A stretch of DNA of 64,000 nucleotides from Dehalococcoidia bacterium (GCA_965237935.1 CBDEGW010000004.1:861340-925339); one strand, 5' to 3'. Counted from the stretch's first letter, positions 11,608-21,752 are shown. A program made the numbers and translations. The notes: a model not told the origin generated them from the sequence alone.

Positions 11608-11709
11608 AGTTCAGGGACTCTGGTAGCCGGGGCGATGATGGTCTGGAGGGTTTGGACAGGAGTTAACACCAGTTCTCTGAACAGGACTGAGGCTTCCTGG
11701 GTCATTGGG

Positions 11710-11851
11710 GGCTTTGCACAAAAAGTCAGGAGAGTGCAGAGAACCTAGGTTCTCTGCCAGGGAGTCTGAGGGGTGCCCCCTCAGGAATTAGACATATCGG
11801 GTGGGTGGGTGGGAAAGAAAACGTCTGCTGTTGGATTTTTTGTGCAAAGCT
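11710..11851 (-). mobile_element. MITE-like repeat, subfamily A, copy A2
   Basis: GGCTTTGCACAAAAAGTC...GATTTTTTGTGCAAAGCT termini with both internal palindromes. Adjacent 9-mers GTCATTGGG / GTCATTAGA match 7/9. It sits between convergent genes. Confidence 0.8.
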
Positions 11852-11877
11852 GTCATTAGAAGAGGGAGTATAGAGCA

Positions 11878-12174
11878 CTAAACCATCTCGTAGAACTCTA
11901 TGTAGCTCTCCTCCTGGAGTTCCCTAAGCTGACTATAAATGGTCCCGAGCTCGTCGGGTTCGCTGGCTTCTGAGTCAAAGGGAGAGCGAAGCGTCTCCTC
12001 AGTCCAGTCCATGTAGACAGTGTTGGCCGGCCCTGGCACAGTGTAGCCGCTCCAATAGACCCTGGTGGGAGATCGCCCTGCTTTCTCGTAGCCCTTCCCT
12101 ATCTGAGCGATTAGCTGAGCTGCATTACGTGTAGCCCCAGGCTTAACCTTATAGACCCGCCTAATTAGGTACAT
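11878..12174 (-). CDS. small hypothetical protein (98 aa; possibly NIPSNAP/Dabb-like fold)
   Basis: Clean ORF with an ATG start and coding-like composition. No motif I can name with confidence. Confidence 0.5.
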   Translation of the reverse strand: MYLIRRVYKVKPGATRNAAQLIAQIGKGYEKAGRSPTRVYWSGYTVPGPANTVYMDWTEETLRSPFDSEASEPDELGTIYSQLRELQEESYIEFYEMV

Positions 12175-12603
12175 TCGACTCCTTTCTAGCTAGCTCGAGA
12201 TATTTTGACGTTCCGTTTCTCTTTAGCTTACACGAAACTGAGAATGGCCGATGTTGGCAACCTACATGGATGCCGCGGGGATTACCGTGGCGGTATGGAT
12301 TTAAGTCCATCTCATTGCCCTCGGTTGTGCTAATCACCTCTGGTACTCCTAGCCGTTAGGTCACATACTATACGGGTCGCCATAGCCTCTAAGCCATACC
12401 CTCCCATTGGGACTCTTACCGAAGGTTCAGCCATCTTATCCGAACTGGGGTTCAGGAGTTAATTATCTGACGGTATCCAATGCCTGCCGAGTAAGATGTC
12501 GTCAAGAGGCAGGGCTCGGCATTCCAGTGATTGGAGGATGTGTTTGACGGTCTATAATATATTAGAGCTACACAAACCGTAGAACGCAATCCTGAGGGGA
12601 AAC

Positions 12604-12792
12604 ATGGTCATAGGAAAGGAACGCACTAACTGGTATGAAGGCCATGGATCGGCCTGCACCTGTGCCGATTGTGTGGCACGGGCGGCGGAGCAGCGCCGGT
12701 TTGATAATGCAACCCAGGGCCGCAAGGTAGGGCGCAACGAAAAGTGTCCATGTGGTAGCGGTAAGAAGTACAAGAAGTGCCATGGCGGTTAG
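12604..12792 (+). CDS. SEC-C motif domain protein (62 aa)
   Basis: The C-terminal [15 protein letters not shown] is the SecA-type metal-binding SEC-C motif. An upstream CTCADC pair is also present. Confidence 0.75.
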   Translation: MVIGKERTNWYEGHGSACTCADCVARAAEQRRFDNATQGRKVGRNEKCPCGSGKKYKKCHGG

Positions 12793-12901
12793 CCATCTCC
12801 GAGCACCCTTGGAGGGAGACCAGAAGAATATGCGCTACCGGCCTTATCGAGCGTTACGATGGCAAACCGCAGATCATAGCCCGCAATGACTAAGAAGGGG
12901 C

Positions 12902-13387
12902 TCAGTCTCTGAAGTTGATGTATTGGAGCGGTAGGTCAACTTTCATCTCTTTAAGTGCCTCGATGGTCTGCTGAAGATCGTCGCGCTTTTTGCCGGTGAT
13001 ACGGAGCTCGTCGCCCTGGATGGCTACCTGGACCTTGAGCTTCCTGCCCTTCACCATTTTAATGATCTGCTTGCCCGTCGCTTCATCAATGCCCTGGCGA
13101 ATGACGACCTCTTGCCGCAGGCTGCCTTTCGTGGCGTTCTGAGGGGTCTTGAAGTCTAGCACGTCGCTGTCGACTCCACGTCGGGCACAGTACTTGTGCA
13201 ACAGTTCGTGCATCTGCCGCAGCCGCATGTCGTCGTCAGCCGTGACCGTGAGGATGTTGCCGGAACGCTTAATAGAGCACATGTTCCCTTTGAGGTCGTA
13301 GCGCTGTTTGGCCTCACGCTCAACGCCGTTAAGAGCGTTATCGAGCTCCCCAATGTTTGTCCGGGATACGACGTCAAAGGAGGGCAT
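12902..13387 (-). CDS. yajQ: YajQ family (UPF0234) nucleotide / cyclic-di-GMP-binding protein
   Basis: MPSFDVVS... N-terminus, 161 aa, with the ...QRYDLKG... pattern typical of YajQ. Confidence 0.8.
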   Translation of the reverse strand: MPSFDVVSRTNIGELDNALNGVEREAKQRYDLKGNMCSIKRSGNILTVTADDDMRLRQMHELLHKYCARRGVDSDVLDFKTPQNATKGSLRQEVVIRQGIDEATGKQIIKMVKGRKLKVQVAIQGDELRITGKKRDDLQQTIEALKEMKVDLPLQYINFRD

Positions 13388-13999
13388 TCAGAATTCCTTT
13401 CATACAGACAAAAAAACCCGCATTTATAAGTAATTACCCGGATATTACTGGGTAATATCACTTGAGGCAAGACGCGGCCCCTCTATTGTTCGGACAACGG
13501 TGGGTCGTCTTTCGACCAGATTGACGGTGAGTTTCCTATGATCAACGTACTCTTCGGGCATCCGTCCGAGCCCAACACGGTGCTGGTCGGGAGCATAGAT
13601 GGTCTTTACCGATCGACCGGTGCTGTTAGGTCGCTGGCCACCACCGTTTCGCATATGCGGCCAGGGCTTTGGAGTTGGCATCGATTCAAGAGTCAATTGG
13701 TTCACCCTGTCCGAGCGGGCTTTCGTCGATGCGATCAGGTTCAACAAGAATCGCTTCGTCCAAAAGGATGTCGGTGGAGGAAGCGTACATCTCCATGTCA
13801 CCTCCGAGCATCGAGAATAAAGATCAAGACACCATTATCCAGCGCCCAGGTCAAGCTGGGTCATACCTGGGTTTTGACACTAATTTTGACATCAACGCCC
13901 ACTCACTACTGGATACAACAAGGAACATAGCAGATAGGCGGCCTGATTTCCTCAGGACGCCTGCGTATTTGGAGACACGTTGAGGGACAAAGGTATTCA

Positions 14000-14038
14000 G
14001 CTTACAAAACAGCTGCTCTACCACTGAGCTACGGTGGC
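14000..14038 (-). other. tRNA-like 5' half (acceptor + D-arm + anticodon-loop TTTGTAA), not a complete tRNA
   Basis: The reverse complement reads GCCACCGTAGCTCAGTGGTAGAGCAGCTGTTTTGTAAGC. It has a canonical D-arm (GCTC-AGTGGTA-GAGC), but the anticodon stem pairs poorly and no T-arm or 3' acceptor strand follows. Confidence 0.3.
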
Positions 14039-14260
14039 ACGAATCTACCGCTTGGAATCGGTAATGGTACGCCAGAGATGGAGACATTGTAGCGCACGGG
14101 CCCCATGGGGGAAAGAAGGGCTCAGTGTGGACTGTTGAAGACGCGAGCAGCCTACTTGCCCAATGGGCGCTTGCGGGAAATTTTAGTGGTGCTGGGCGTT
14201 AGGCGACACGTGAGTTGAGAAGCTGGAGGTCACCACTCGCCGCTCTGCGCGGCGAAGGAG

Positions 14261-16282
14261 CTAAGCGTTGGCGGCGACGATCACTGTCGATGCCGACATA
14301 AGAGCTGCCCCCACGGCGGGCGGCATAACGAACCCTACACTGAATAGCGCGCCTGCAGCCAGTGGAATGGCCAAAACGTTGTAACCGGTAGCCCACCAGA
14401 GATTCTGGAGCATCTTGCGATAGGTCTCGCGTGCCAGCCGCACGATGGTCGCCACATCTTCCGGCCTCGAGCGGACCAGAACAACGTCCGCCGACTCGAT
14501 AGCCACGTCTGTGCCAGCCCCGATGGCTATCCCAACATCGGCCTCAGCTAGCTCGGGGGCATCGTTCACCCCATCGCCCACCATAGCGACCGTAAATCCA
14601 CGCTGTTTGATCTCACGGACCTTGGCCGCCTTTTGATCCGGTCGCACCTCCGCGAAGAAATCGTCTAGACCAAGCTCGCCCGCGACGGACCGCGCAACTA
14701 CTTCAGAATCGCCGGTGAGCATCATCACGCGGACGCCCATCCTCTTCAGCTCATCCACCGCCGCTCGCGACTCCTTGCGAACGACGTCGCCAAGGCTGAC
14801 TGCTCCTTCTAACGACCCATCCACGAGAAGGTACACGACCGTATTCCTCGAATCTGCGAGGCCACTCATACGATCTGAGTCGGCGGTGAGCCCCTGTTCT
14901 CGTAAATAACCGGGGCTGACCACCTTGATGTCGTGCCCATCTATGACTCCGCTTGTTCCCTGGCCCGGTAAGGCACGGAACTCGCTCACGGGTATGCTCT
15001 CGAGCCCCTGAGCTGATGCCGCCTCCACGATTCCGCGGGCTATCGGGTGCTCCGACTGGCTCTCCAGACTCGCTGCCAGACCGAGAATTTCTTGCTCACT
15101 TCGATTTGCCAGTGGAACGACCGCGGTGAGACCAAATCGTCCTTCTGTGAGTGTGCCGGTCTTGTCGAAAATGACAGCATCAATGGCTCTCGCTCTCTCA
15201 AATCCAGCACGGTCTCTGATAAGGAGGCCGGCTCGCGCGGCGATCGATGTAGACACGGAGACAGCCAACGGAATGGCCAGCCCCAGTGCATGCGGGCAAG
15301 TGATGACCACTACTGTCACCGCCCGTTGAAAAGCGAAGTTGGCTCCCTCTCCAACGGCTAGCCAACCCGCCAAAGTTCCAGCGCCGGCGGTGAGCCCGAT
15401 CAGCGTGAGCCAGGCCGCGGCACGGTCGGCTAACCGCTGCGTGCGTGAGCGAGTCTCTTGCGCTTGGCGGACCAACTCGATCACTTGAGCAAGGTAAGTC
15501 TCCTCGCCTGTGCGCTGCACCTCGACGGTTACTGCTCCTTCCCCGTTTATGGAACCGCCGATGACTTGCAGGCCAGGAGTCTTTTCGACTGGGAGACTTT
15601 CTCCCGTTAGCATGGCCTCGTTGACCGACGTACGGCCGTCCACGACCACCCCATCGGTGGGGACTCGTTCACCTGGCCTAACAGATACATGGTCTCCGGG
15701 CTGAAGCTCGGCGATAGGCACGTCTACCACCATGCCGTCGTCGCCCACCTTGTGTGCCTCCGAGGGCATTAAGCCGGCCAACACCTCAAGTGCCCGCGAA
15801 GCACCCATGATGGAGCGCATCTCCAGCCAATGGCCAAGGAGCATGACGTCGATGAGGGTAGCGGTTTCCCAGAAAAACCCGTCGCCGGAGACCCCAAAGG
15901 TGATGACGCTGCTGTAGACGTACGCGTTCGTTATCGCGACGGCGATGAGCGTCATCATGCCTGGGGACTTGGACCGGGTCTCGGCAACAATCCCGGTCAG
16001 GAAGGGCCAACCACCGTAGAAGAAGACCACCGTGGCGAAGCCCCATTGGATAAAGCTGTCTCCAGAGAAATCCCAGGCGCCGTCAACCCCAAGGTTTTCT
16101 TGAATCAGTGGTGCCAGCAGCAGAATCGGCACGCTCAGGATCAGCGAAACCCAGAAGCGGCGACGAAAGTCGGCCACCATGTGGGCATGGTGAGAGCCCT
16201 GGTGCATCGCGTCGTGCTGCTGAGGAGACCCGCTCCCTACGGGGTGTGTGCCGTGCTCGTGTTGGTTTACCGAATGATCCAT
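14261..16282 (-). CDS. copB: heavy-metal (copper) translocating P1B-type ATPase, CopB-like
   Basis: His-rich N-terminus (HEHGTHP...HQGSHHAHM). Transmembrane CPH motif (ITCPHALGLAIP). DKTGT phosphorylation site (FDKTGTLT). Hinge GDGVNDAP. Confidence 0.9.
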   Translation of the reverse strand: MDHSVNQHEHGTHPVGSGSPQQHDAMHQGSHHAHMVADFRRRFWVSLILSVPILLLAPLIQENLGVDGAWDFSGDSFIQWGFATVVFFYGGWPFLTGIVAETRSKSPGMMTLIAVAITNAYVYSSVITFGVSGDGFFWETATLIDVMLLGHWLEMRSIMGASRALEVLAGLMPSEAHKVGDDGMVVDVPIAELQPGDHVSVRPGERVPTDGVVVDGRTSVNEAMLTGESLPVEKTPGLQVIGGSINGEGAVTVEVQRTGEETYLAQVIELVRQAQETRSRTQRLADRAAAWLTLIGLTAGAGTLAGWLAVGEGANFAFQRAVTVVVITCPHALGLAIPLAVSVSTSIAARAGLLIRDRAGFERARAIDAVIFDKTGTLTEGRFGLTAVVPLANRSEQEILGLAASLESQSEHPIARGIVEAASAQGLESIPVSEFRALPGQGTSGVIDGHDIKVVSPGYLREQGLTADSDRMSGLADSRNTVVYLLVDGSLEGAVSLGDVVRKESRAAVDELKRMGVRVMMLTGDSEVVARSVAGELGLDDFFAEVRPDQKAAKVREIKQRGFTVAMVGDGVNDAPELAEADVGIAIGAGTDVAIESADVVLVRSRPEDVATIVRLARETYRKMLQNLWWATGYNVLAIPLAAGALFSVGFVMPPAVGAALMSASTVIVAANA

Positions 16283-16713
16283 CGATGCCCCACTCTGGAA
16301 GTATCATAATGGCGAGCTGAAAACTAAACAAGCCGAAACAAATGGAGGGGAACAACCCGCACCCTTGCAAGGGGCGACGCTCCCTTTGTAGCGACCTGCC
16401 ACCCTCCGAGGTCCAGTAGCTGGATGCTTTCTCACCTGAACTAGCCCAATGGGCACTTCGGGCAAATTTCCTATTACTGGCTCGACGTTTGCAGCAGCGG
16501 ACGGGATATGTAATCCTTACCGGTCGAGGGGGTGGTAGGCCTTGGGCTCGTACAGTTCGAGAGGGAGCAGTTCGTAACTGGTGCAACTGCATTTGTCTCA
16601 CTAGCGGTGCCCCTTCAATGGTGAGAAGCCCTGCCCTGGGGAGCGAGCCACTCAACAGAGCTCGAACTCGGGCGCTGTGGAGAAGCACCTCAGGCTGAGG
16701 CCCGGTAGACAGT

Positions 16714-17841
16714 ATGGCACACAAGTCGTCGATTCCAATCGAGCTCTTGACCACGTCAGATCAGGTTTATGACCTAGCCCATATCTTATTCCAGGAACGC
16801 TGTATCGCTTTAGATACCGAGTCAAACAGTCGGCACAGATACCCTGAGAGAGTCTGTTTGGTTCAAGTGGCGACCAACAGCAAGGTCTACCTAATCGATA
16901 CGCTTGCTGTAGATGAAATGAAACCAATAGGCGCAGTATTGGCAGACGAGACGGTGTTAAAAGTGATTCAGGGCGCTGAATACGACATACGGTGCCTGGA
17001 TAGAGAGTGGGGGTTTCGGGTACGAAATCTCTTCGACACGTCCATCGCAGCCCGCTTTGTCGGTATGACGCAGTTCGGACTGTCAGCTCTGACTGAGGCT
17101 TTGCTGGGAGTGCACGTTCCAAAAGATGCCCGCATTCAAAAAAGCGACTGGTCCCATCGGCCGATCAGTCACGAGGCCTTGAATTACGCAGCTACGGATG
17201 TCTGGTATCTTCTGGGTATCCAGGAGGAGCTTGAGAGCAGGCTGCGAAGCCTCTCAAGGTCTCCATGGGTTTCTGAGGAGTGCGCTCGCTTGGAAGAGAT
17301 CCGTTACGTTGCCCCGGATCCGGAAACGGCGTTTCTATTACTGAAGGGCAGCCACAGGCTAGATGGGCAAGAAAAGGCGATTTTGAAACGACTATTCATG
17401 TTGCGAGAAGCCGAGGCTCGGCGTCGCGATCGGCCTCCCTACTATGTTCTGCCACACGAAACTCTAGTCCACTTGGCGTCCAATCCGGCCGCCGATCTAG
17501 CCAAACTCCCATCACTCAGGGGGCAAGTTGACTCCCGTTTTGGCAGGCTTTTACGCGCAACTCTTGATAAGGGATTGGCCGATCCACCAATCAGTAGTCC
17601 AATCCGTTATAGCGTACAACCGATGACGCCGGTTGAAATTAAGCGTCTACAGATACTGAAGACGTGGCGAGTGAACCTGGGGCGGCAGCTGTCTATTGAT
17701 CCGGCTCTAGTATGGCCGATGGCAAGTCTGGAACGTCTTGCGAAAGCCCCTCGCACATTGGGTGCTGAGCTTCAGTCACTCGAGGTGAGGCAGTGGCAAC
17801 GTGAGCAATTCGCTACGTCATTGGGGGCCTCCCTCGCCTAG
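16714..17841 (+). CDS. rnd: ribonuclease D-like 3'-5' exonuclease with HRDC region
   Basis: DEDD-type exonuclease motifs (ALDTESNS, GAEYDIRCL, YAATDVWYL) followed by HRDC-like repeats. 375 aa. Confidence 0.8.
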   Translation: MAHKSSIPIELLTTSDQVYDLAHILFQERCIALDTESNSRHRYPERVCLVQVATNSKVYLIDTLAVDEMKPIGAVLADETVLKVIQGAEYDIRCLDREWGFRVRNLFDTSIAARFVGMTQFGLSALTEALLGVHVPKDARIQKSDWSHRPISHEALNYAATDVWYLLGIQEELESRLRSLSRSPWVSEECARLEEIRYVAPDPETAFLLLKGSHRLDGQEKAILKRLFMLREAEARRRDRPPYYVLPHETLVHLASNPAADLAKLPSLRGQVDSRFGRLLRATLDKGLADPPISSPIRYSVQPMTPVEIKRLQILKTWRVNLGRQLSIDPALVWPMASLERLAKAPRTLGAELQSLEVRQWQREQFATSLGASLA

Positions 17842-18277
17842 TTGAATAGCGCGCCCCCCAATCTGCCCCGCTTAAACACCTTGTCTTGGAGCAGGGGGTC
17901 CAATTGCCGATTCTGAGGGCAGCGTTCAAGTTGACAGAGGAAACTGGAAGAGAGCATCATTCCTCTCATTGGGGGGCGATCTCCTCCTGTAGGCACCATT
18001 GTCGAGCCTGGAAAATGCTATCCCGTGATGATCCAATGCTCCGTTGCGTCGTCGAGACCTTGCCAGTGTCTGGGCTCACCTGTCGTGCGATTAGGGTATG
18101 TTATTGCTCTATCTGAGTAGCGTCCAGTCACGGAGTGCTTTGAGATATGATAGCGGACGGTATCGCAGAGGCAGTCCAGGTGCCACCAAGATTGAAGTAG
18201 GATCGGTGATTAGCAACCCATTTCACCTGATGTAGCAGCGGCGTCTACGGCCAGGCGTGACCTGAGGTTAACCGACT

Positions 18278-19024
18278 ATGGCTTTTAGAGTTGCCACGTT
18301 AAACATGGAACAGAATCACAATCGATGGGAACTTCGCCGGGAGTTGATCATACAGCAACTGGCAGAGCTTAGGCCGAACATACTGGCCCTTAACGAGATC
18401 TGTGTTCCCCTGCAAACAGGTCGCTGGCTCCAGCATGAGGTACTGAAACTCTATGATCTCAAATACAGCCTGGTTCAGCAGACGAAGACGAACGGATCTT
18501 CACTGGCTGATGCCGAAGGGATACTCACAAGCTTCCCGTTGACGGAGACGGCCAACCTAGACTACCGCGCTTGGGACGCGGTCGCTCTGGTTACTAGACT
18601 TGAGATAGAGGACAGGCAGGTCGACGTATATGTTACCCATCTCCACAGGTCAGTAGGAGCAGATTCCCTCAGGCTTTACCAAGTACAGCAGCTTTTGGAG
18701 TGGATCAATGAGCGGGATGACGTGGAGCATCAGGTAGTGTGCGGCGACTTTAATGCGACCCTTGACATGCCATCCGCCCAGCTGATGACCAGTCGTTTCG
18801 AACCCTCACAGACTGAACCCACCGCATTCACTACACTGGCCGAGGTTGATGGCGAGCCGTCGCATCCTTCGTGGGGAAGAATGGATCGCTGCATCGACTA
18901 CATCTGGGCATCACGCAACCTCAAAGTTCTCACAAGCGGGCTCTGTTTTAACAGGCCTAGCCTCGAAGATACCTCGTTGTGGCCCTCAGACCATGTAGGT
19001 GTTTGGGCTGACATTGAGTTTTGA
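18278..19024 (+). CDS. endonuclease/exonuclease/phosphatase (EEP) family protein
   Basis: N-terminal ...VATLNME..., LALNEI, the internal GDFNA motif and C-terminal ...SDHVGVWADI are typical EEP catalytic motifs. Confidence 0.75.
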   Translation: MAFRVATLNMEQNHNRWELRRELIIQQLAELRPNILALNEICVPLQTGRWLQHEVLKLYDLKYSLVQQTKTNGSSLADAEGILTSFPLTETANLDYRAWDAVALVTRLEIEDRQVDVYVTHLHRSVGADSLRLYQVQQLLEWINERDDVEHQVVCGDFNATLDMPSAQLMTSRFEPSQTEPTAFTTLAEVDGEPSHPSWGRMDRCIDYIWASRNLKVLTSGLCFNRPSLEDTSLWPSDHVGVWADIEF

Positions 19025-19066
19025 TAGAACATCGACAGCTAGCCCAATGCAGGAGGAGAGTGAGAA

Positions 19067-20035
19067 ATGCCAGCAGTGCAGGTCGAAGACCTCTCGGCGC
19101 TTCCTCGTATTGACCCGATAGACGCCAAAGAGATGAATGAGCGACGCGTCATCACCGTGGTAGACGCTCCGAGGATGCTTGAAGGTGCCGGCTTCGAGGT
19201 TCGGAGGGCCTTCGCAGGGGTTGACCTGCAACTCGTTGACCCCTTCATTCTTCTCGACCACATGGGCGCTGTCGAATACTCACCAGGCGAAGCGAAAGGT
19301 GCGCCGGACCATCCACACCGTGGATTTGAAACGGTTACATACATGATGGACGGAGAGCTCGAGCACCGCGACTCTAATGTCGGCGGTGGCCTAATAACTG
19401 ACGGAGCCACCCAGTGGATGACGGCCGGTGCAGGCATTGTGCATTCAGAAATGCCGACTGAACGGATCGTTACCAAGGGCGGACTATTCCACGGTGTGCA
19501 GTTGTGGGTCAACCTTCCTCGGGCGCAGAAGTGGGTTCCTCCTCAGTACCAGGACATTGATCCCCACAAGGTGGTTATGCTCGCCTCAGATGACGGAGGA
19601 GCAGTTATCCGCCTGATCGCGGGCGATCTCGCCAAACACATTGGCCCGGACGGCACGCACACGCCGATTATTTACGCACATGCCAGCGTGGCACCGGGGG
19701 CACGTTTACAGATTCCCTGGCGCCCGGATTTCAATGCCCTCGTCTACGTGCTCGCTGGTCGAGGAGCAGCTGGGAGCGCCCAGCGCGCCAGCATCAAGGA
19801 GGGCCAGTTGGCTGTCATGGGCGAGGGCGACTTCGTCACTATATTCAGCGATCCCAAACCAGATGGCCTATCCCCATCATTGGAGATCATTCTGCTGGGA
19901 GGAAGCCCTATTAGGGAGCCGGTTTCGTGGCATGGCCCGTTTGTCATGAACACCCGTGAGGAGATCATCGAGGCGATCGAAGATTACAAAGCTGGCCGCA
20001 TGGGTAGTATCCCGGCGAAACGGCTGGGGGACTAG
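19067..20035 (+). CDS. pirin family protein
   Basis: The bicupin pirin signature ...PDHPHRGFETVTYMMDGELEHRDS... is present. 322 aa. Confidence 0.88.
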   Translation: MPAVQVEDLSALPRIDPIDAKEMNERRVITVVDAPRMLEGAGFEVRRAFAGVDLQLVDPFILLDHMGAVEYSPGEAKGAPDHPHRGFETVTYMMDGELEHRDSNVGGGLITDGATQWMTAGAGIVHSEMPTERIVTKGGLFHGVQLWVNLPRAQKWVPPQYQDIDPHKVVMLASDDGGAVIRLIAGDLAKHIGPDGTHTPIIYAHASVAPGARLQIPWRPDFNALVYVLAGRGAAGSAQRASIKEGQLAVMGEGDFVTIFSDPKPDGLSPSLEIILLGGSPIREPVSWHGPFVMNTREEIIEAIEDYKAGRMGSIPAKRLGD

Positions 20036-20352
20036 CAGCCTACTGTTGTAACGGTGGAGGGACTCAAATGCTGGCCTGCTGACGCCTTCAGTGCCTCGTA
20101 GGCTTATAAGAAGGGCGCTGGGCTCCATCCCTCCCACGTCTCTACCATACGCTGCTTGAACTTGCCAAAGGGCCAGGAGTGGAAAACACCTCTGCCCTAA
20201 GCGTTTCCCAGGACACCGTGACCCCAAGTTGCTCAGCGGCTAGGCCGCCACCAACACGGCCAGGTCGTGTTTCAGGTGGAGATGGACACCCCCCCGTCTC
20301 CACCAACTGCTAATTAGTAGTGACATCTTCATCGGGTCACGCTCGAAGAAGG

Positions 20353-21722
20353 AGTAGAGTCCCAGGAAGTGGTGTAAGAAGAGGAGGGGGTCTGGAGTAA
20401 GAGAGACCACCGCGTCATCCTTAGCGGGCAAAACAGAAGCTCGAGAAAGGAGGACAACGGTGGTCAAGGAAAGGATGGACCTGCTGGAGTTGTTGCGCAA
20501 GGGGGGAATGGACGGTGACGTGGACTTTCTACGGGAGGCTCTGAGAGTGCTGGTAGAGGGGATCATGGATGCGGAGGTGTCTGCGAGGATCGGTGCTGAG
20601 TATGGAGAACGCAGCCCTGAGCGGGTGACCCAGCGCAACGGGTATCGGTCCCGGGCGTGGGATACCCGGGTAGGGACTATGGAGCTGCACATCCCGAAGC
20701 TTCGAGAGGGGAGCTACTTCCCGAGCCTGCTGGAGCCACGGCGTCGCAGCGAGCGAGCTCTGCTGGCGGTGATCCAGCAGGCCTATGTGGAAGGTGTATC
20801 GACAAGGCGGGTGGACGACCTGGTCAAGGCCCTGGGGTGCGAGGGTATCTCCAAGAGCCAGGTGTCGCGTATCTGTCAGGAGCTGGACGTGGTGGTGGAT
20901 GGCTTCCTGGGCCGTCCGCTGGACGGCGGACCATATCCCTACCTGTGGCTGGACGGACTAACCCAGAAGGTCAGAGAGGATGGCAGGATCGTCAACGTCA
21001 GCGTGGTGGTGGCAACGGCGGTCAATGGCGAGGGCAAGCGGGAGATCATTGGGATGGACGTGGGTACCAGCGAAGACGGCGCCTTCTGGCTGGCCTTTCT
21101 GCGCTCACTGTCCGCCAGGGGTCTGAGCGGGGTGGATCTGGTGGTATCGGATGCGCATCAGGGACTCAGGGATGCCATCGCGACTGTCTTCGGTGGGGCC
21201 AGCTGGCAACGGTGCCGCACCCACTTCATGACCAACCTGCTCACTCGGGTCCCCAGGCGCGCTCAGCCCTGGGTGGCCAACATGGTCCGCACCATCTACC
21301 AGCAGCCGTCCCCTCAGGAGGTCCACGCACAGCTCGAGCGGGTGATCGCCCAGCTACAGGACCCGTTCCCTCAGGTGGCCTCTCTACTGGACGAGGCTGG
21401 TGCGGACGTCCTGGCCTTCTCCAGCTTCCCTGTCCCCCACTGGAAGAAGATCTGGTCCAACAACCCCCTGGAGCGCCTCAACAAGGAGATACGGCGTCGC
21501 ACCGATGTCGTGGGCATCTTCCCTAACCGACCAGCCGTGCGTCGCCTGGTTGGCGCCGTCCTCGCTGAACAGCACGACGAATGGGCCGTCGGCCGTCTAT
21601 ACACGACACCCGCGGTCTACAGCATCGACGAAGCTCTACCCGAGGCGGATCTAGCGAAGGCAGTGGCATAGACCGCGATCAACAGGATGACGTACTCTTA
21701 CACCACTTGACGGGACGTGACC
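20353..21722 (+). mobile_element. IS256-family insertion sequence (1,370 bp)
   Basis: Imperfect ~27-bp terminal inverted repeats (AGTAGAGTCCCAGGAAGTGGTGTAAGA / rc GGTCACGTCCCGTCAAGTGGTGTAAGA). Perfect 8-bp target duplication GAAGAAGG at 20345-20352 and 21723-21730. Confidence 0.88.
20460..21671 (+). CDS. IS256-family (Mutator-type) transposase
   Basis: The ...DFLREALRVLVEGIMDAEVSARIGAEYGERSPERVTQRNGYRSRAWDTRVGTMELHIPKLREGSYFPSLLEPRRR... pattern is characteristic of IS256 transposases. Confidence 0.9.
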   Translation: MVKERMDLLELLRKGGMDGDVDFLREALRVLVEGIMDAEVSARIGAEYGERSPERVTQRNGYRSRAWDTRVGTMELHIPKLREGSYFPSLLEPRRRSERALLAVIQQAYVEGVSTRRVDDLVKALGCEGISKSQVSRICQELDVVVDGFLGRPLDGGPYPYLWLDGLTQKVREDGRIVNVSVVVATAVNGEGKREIIGMDVGTSEDGAFWLAFLRSLSARGLSGVDLVVSDAHQGLRDAIATVFGGASWQRCRTHFMTNLLTRVPRRAQPWVANMVRTIYQQPSPQEVHAQLERVIAQLQDPFPQVASLLDEAGADVLAFSSFPVPHWKKIWSNNPLERLNKEIRRRTDVVGIFPNRPAVRRLVGAVLAEQHDEWAVGRLYTTPAVYSIDEALPEADLAKAVA

Positions 21723-21728
21723 GAAGAA

Positions 21729-21752
21729 GGCCCCCAACGGTTGCTGGGGGCC
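21729..21752. terminator. GC-rich hairpin (GGCCCCCA-N8-TGGGGGCC) followed by TGTTATATT
   Basis: Perfect 8-bp stem. The IS256 target duplication overlaps the foot of the stem. It may terminate the + strand pirin unit, the - strand lipoprotein gene, or both. Confidence 0.5.

Noticed and set aside
13445-13990. ORFs at 13445-13801(-), 13538-13930(+), 13599-13820(+) and 13669-13983(+). One frame has a faint BNR/Ycf48-like ...PNTVLVGSIDGLYRST... string.
   Set aside because: The frames are mutually overlapping, with no start or SD support and no motif that survives more than ~20 residues. This is probably a decayed remnant, and I cannot support a call.
13990-14045. A complete tRNA gene (Thr-like) on the minus strand.
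   Set aside because: Only the acceptor 5' strand, the D-arm and a loop resembling an anticodon loop are present. The anticodon stem pairs poorly, and no T-arm (GGTTCRANYC) or complementary 3' acceptor strand follows.
16362-16373. The 12-bp palindrome CCCTTGCAAGGG ~80 nt upstream of copB as a CsoR/CopY-type copper operator.
   Set aside because: It is a plausible location, but the sequence does not match any operator consensus I can recall precisely, and no regulator gene is adjacent. The evidence is too weak to list as a feature.
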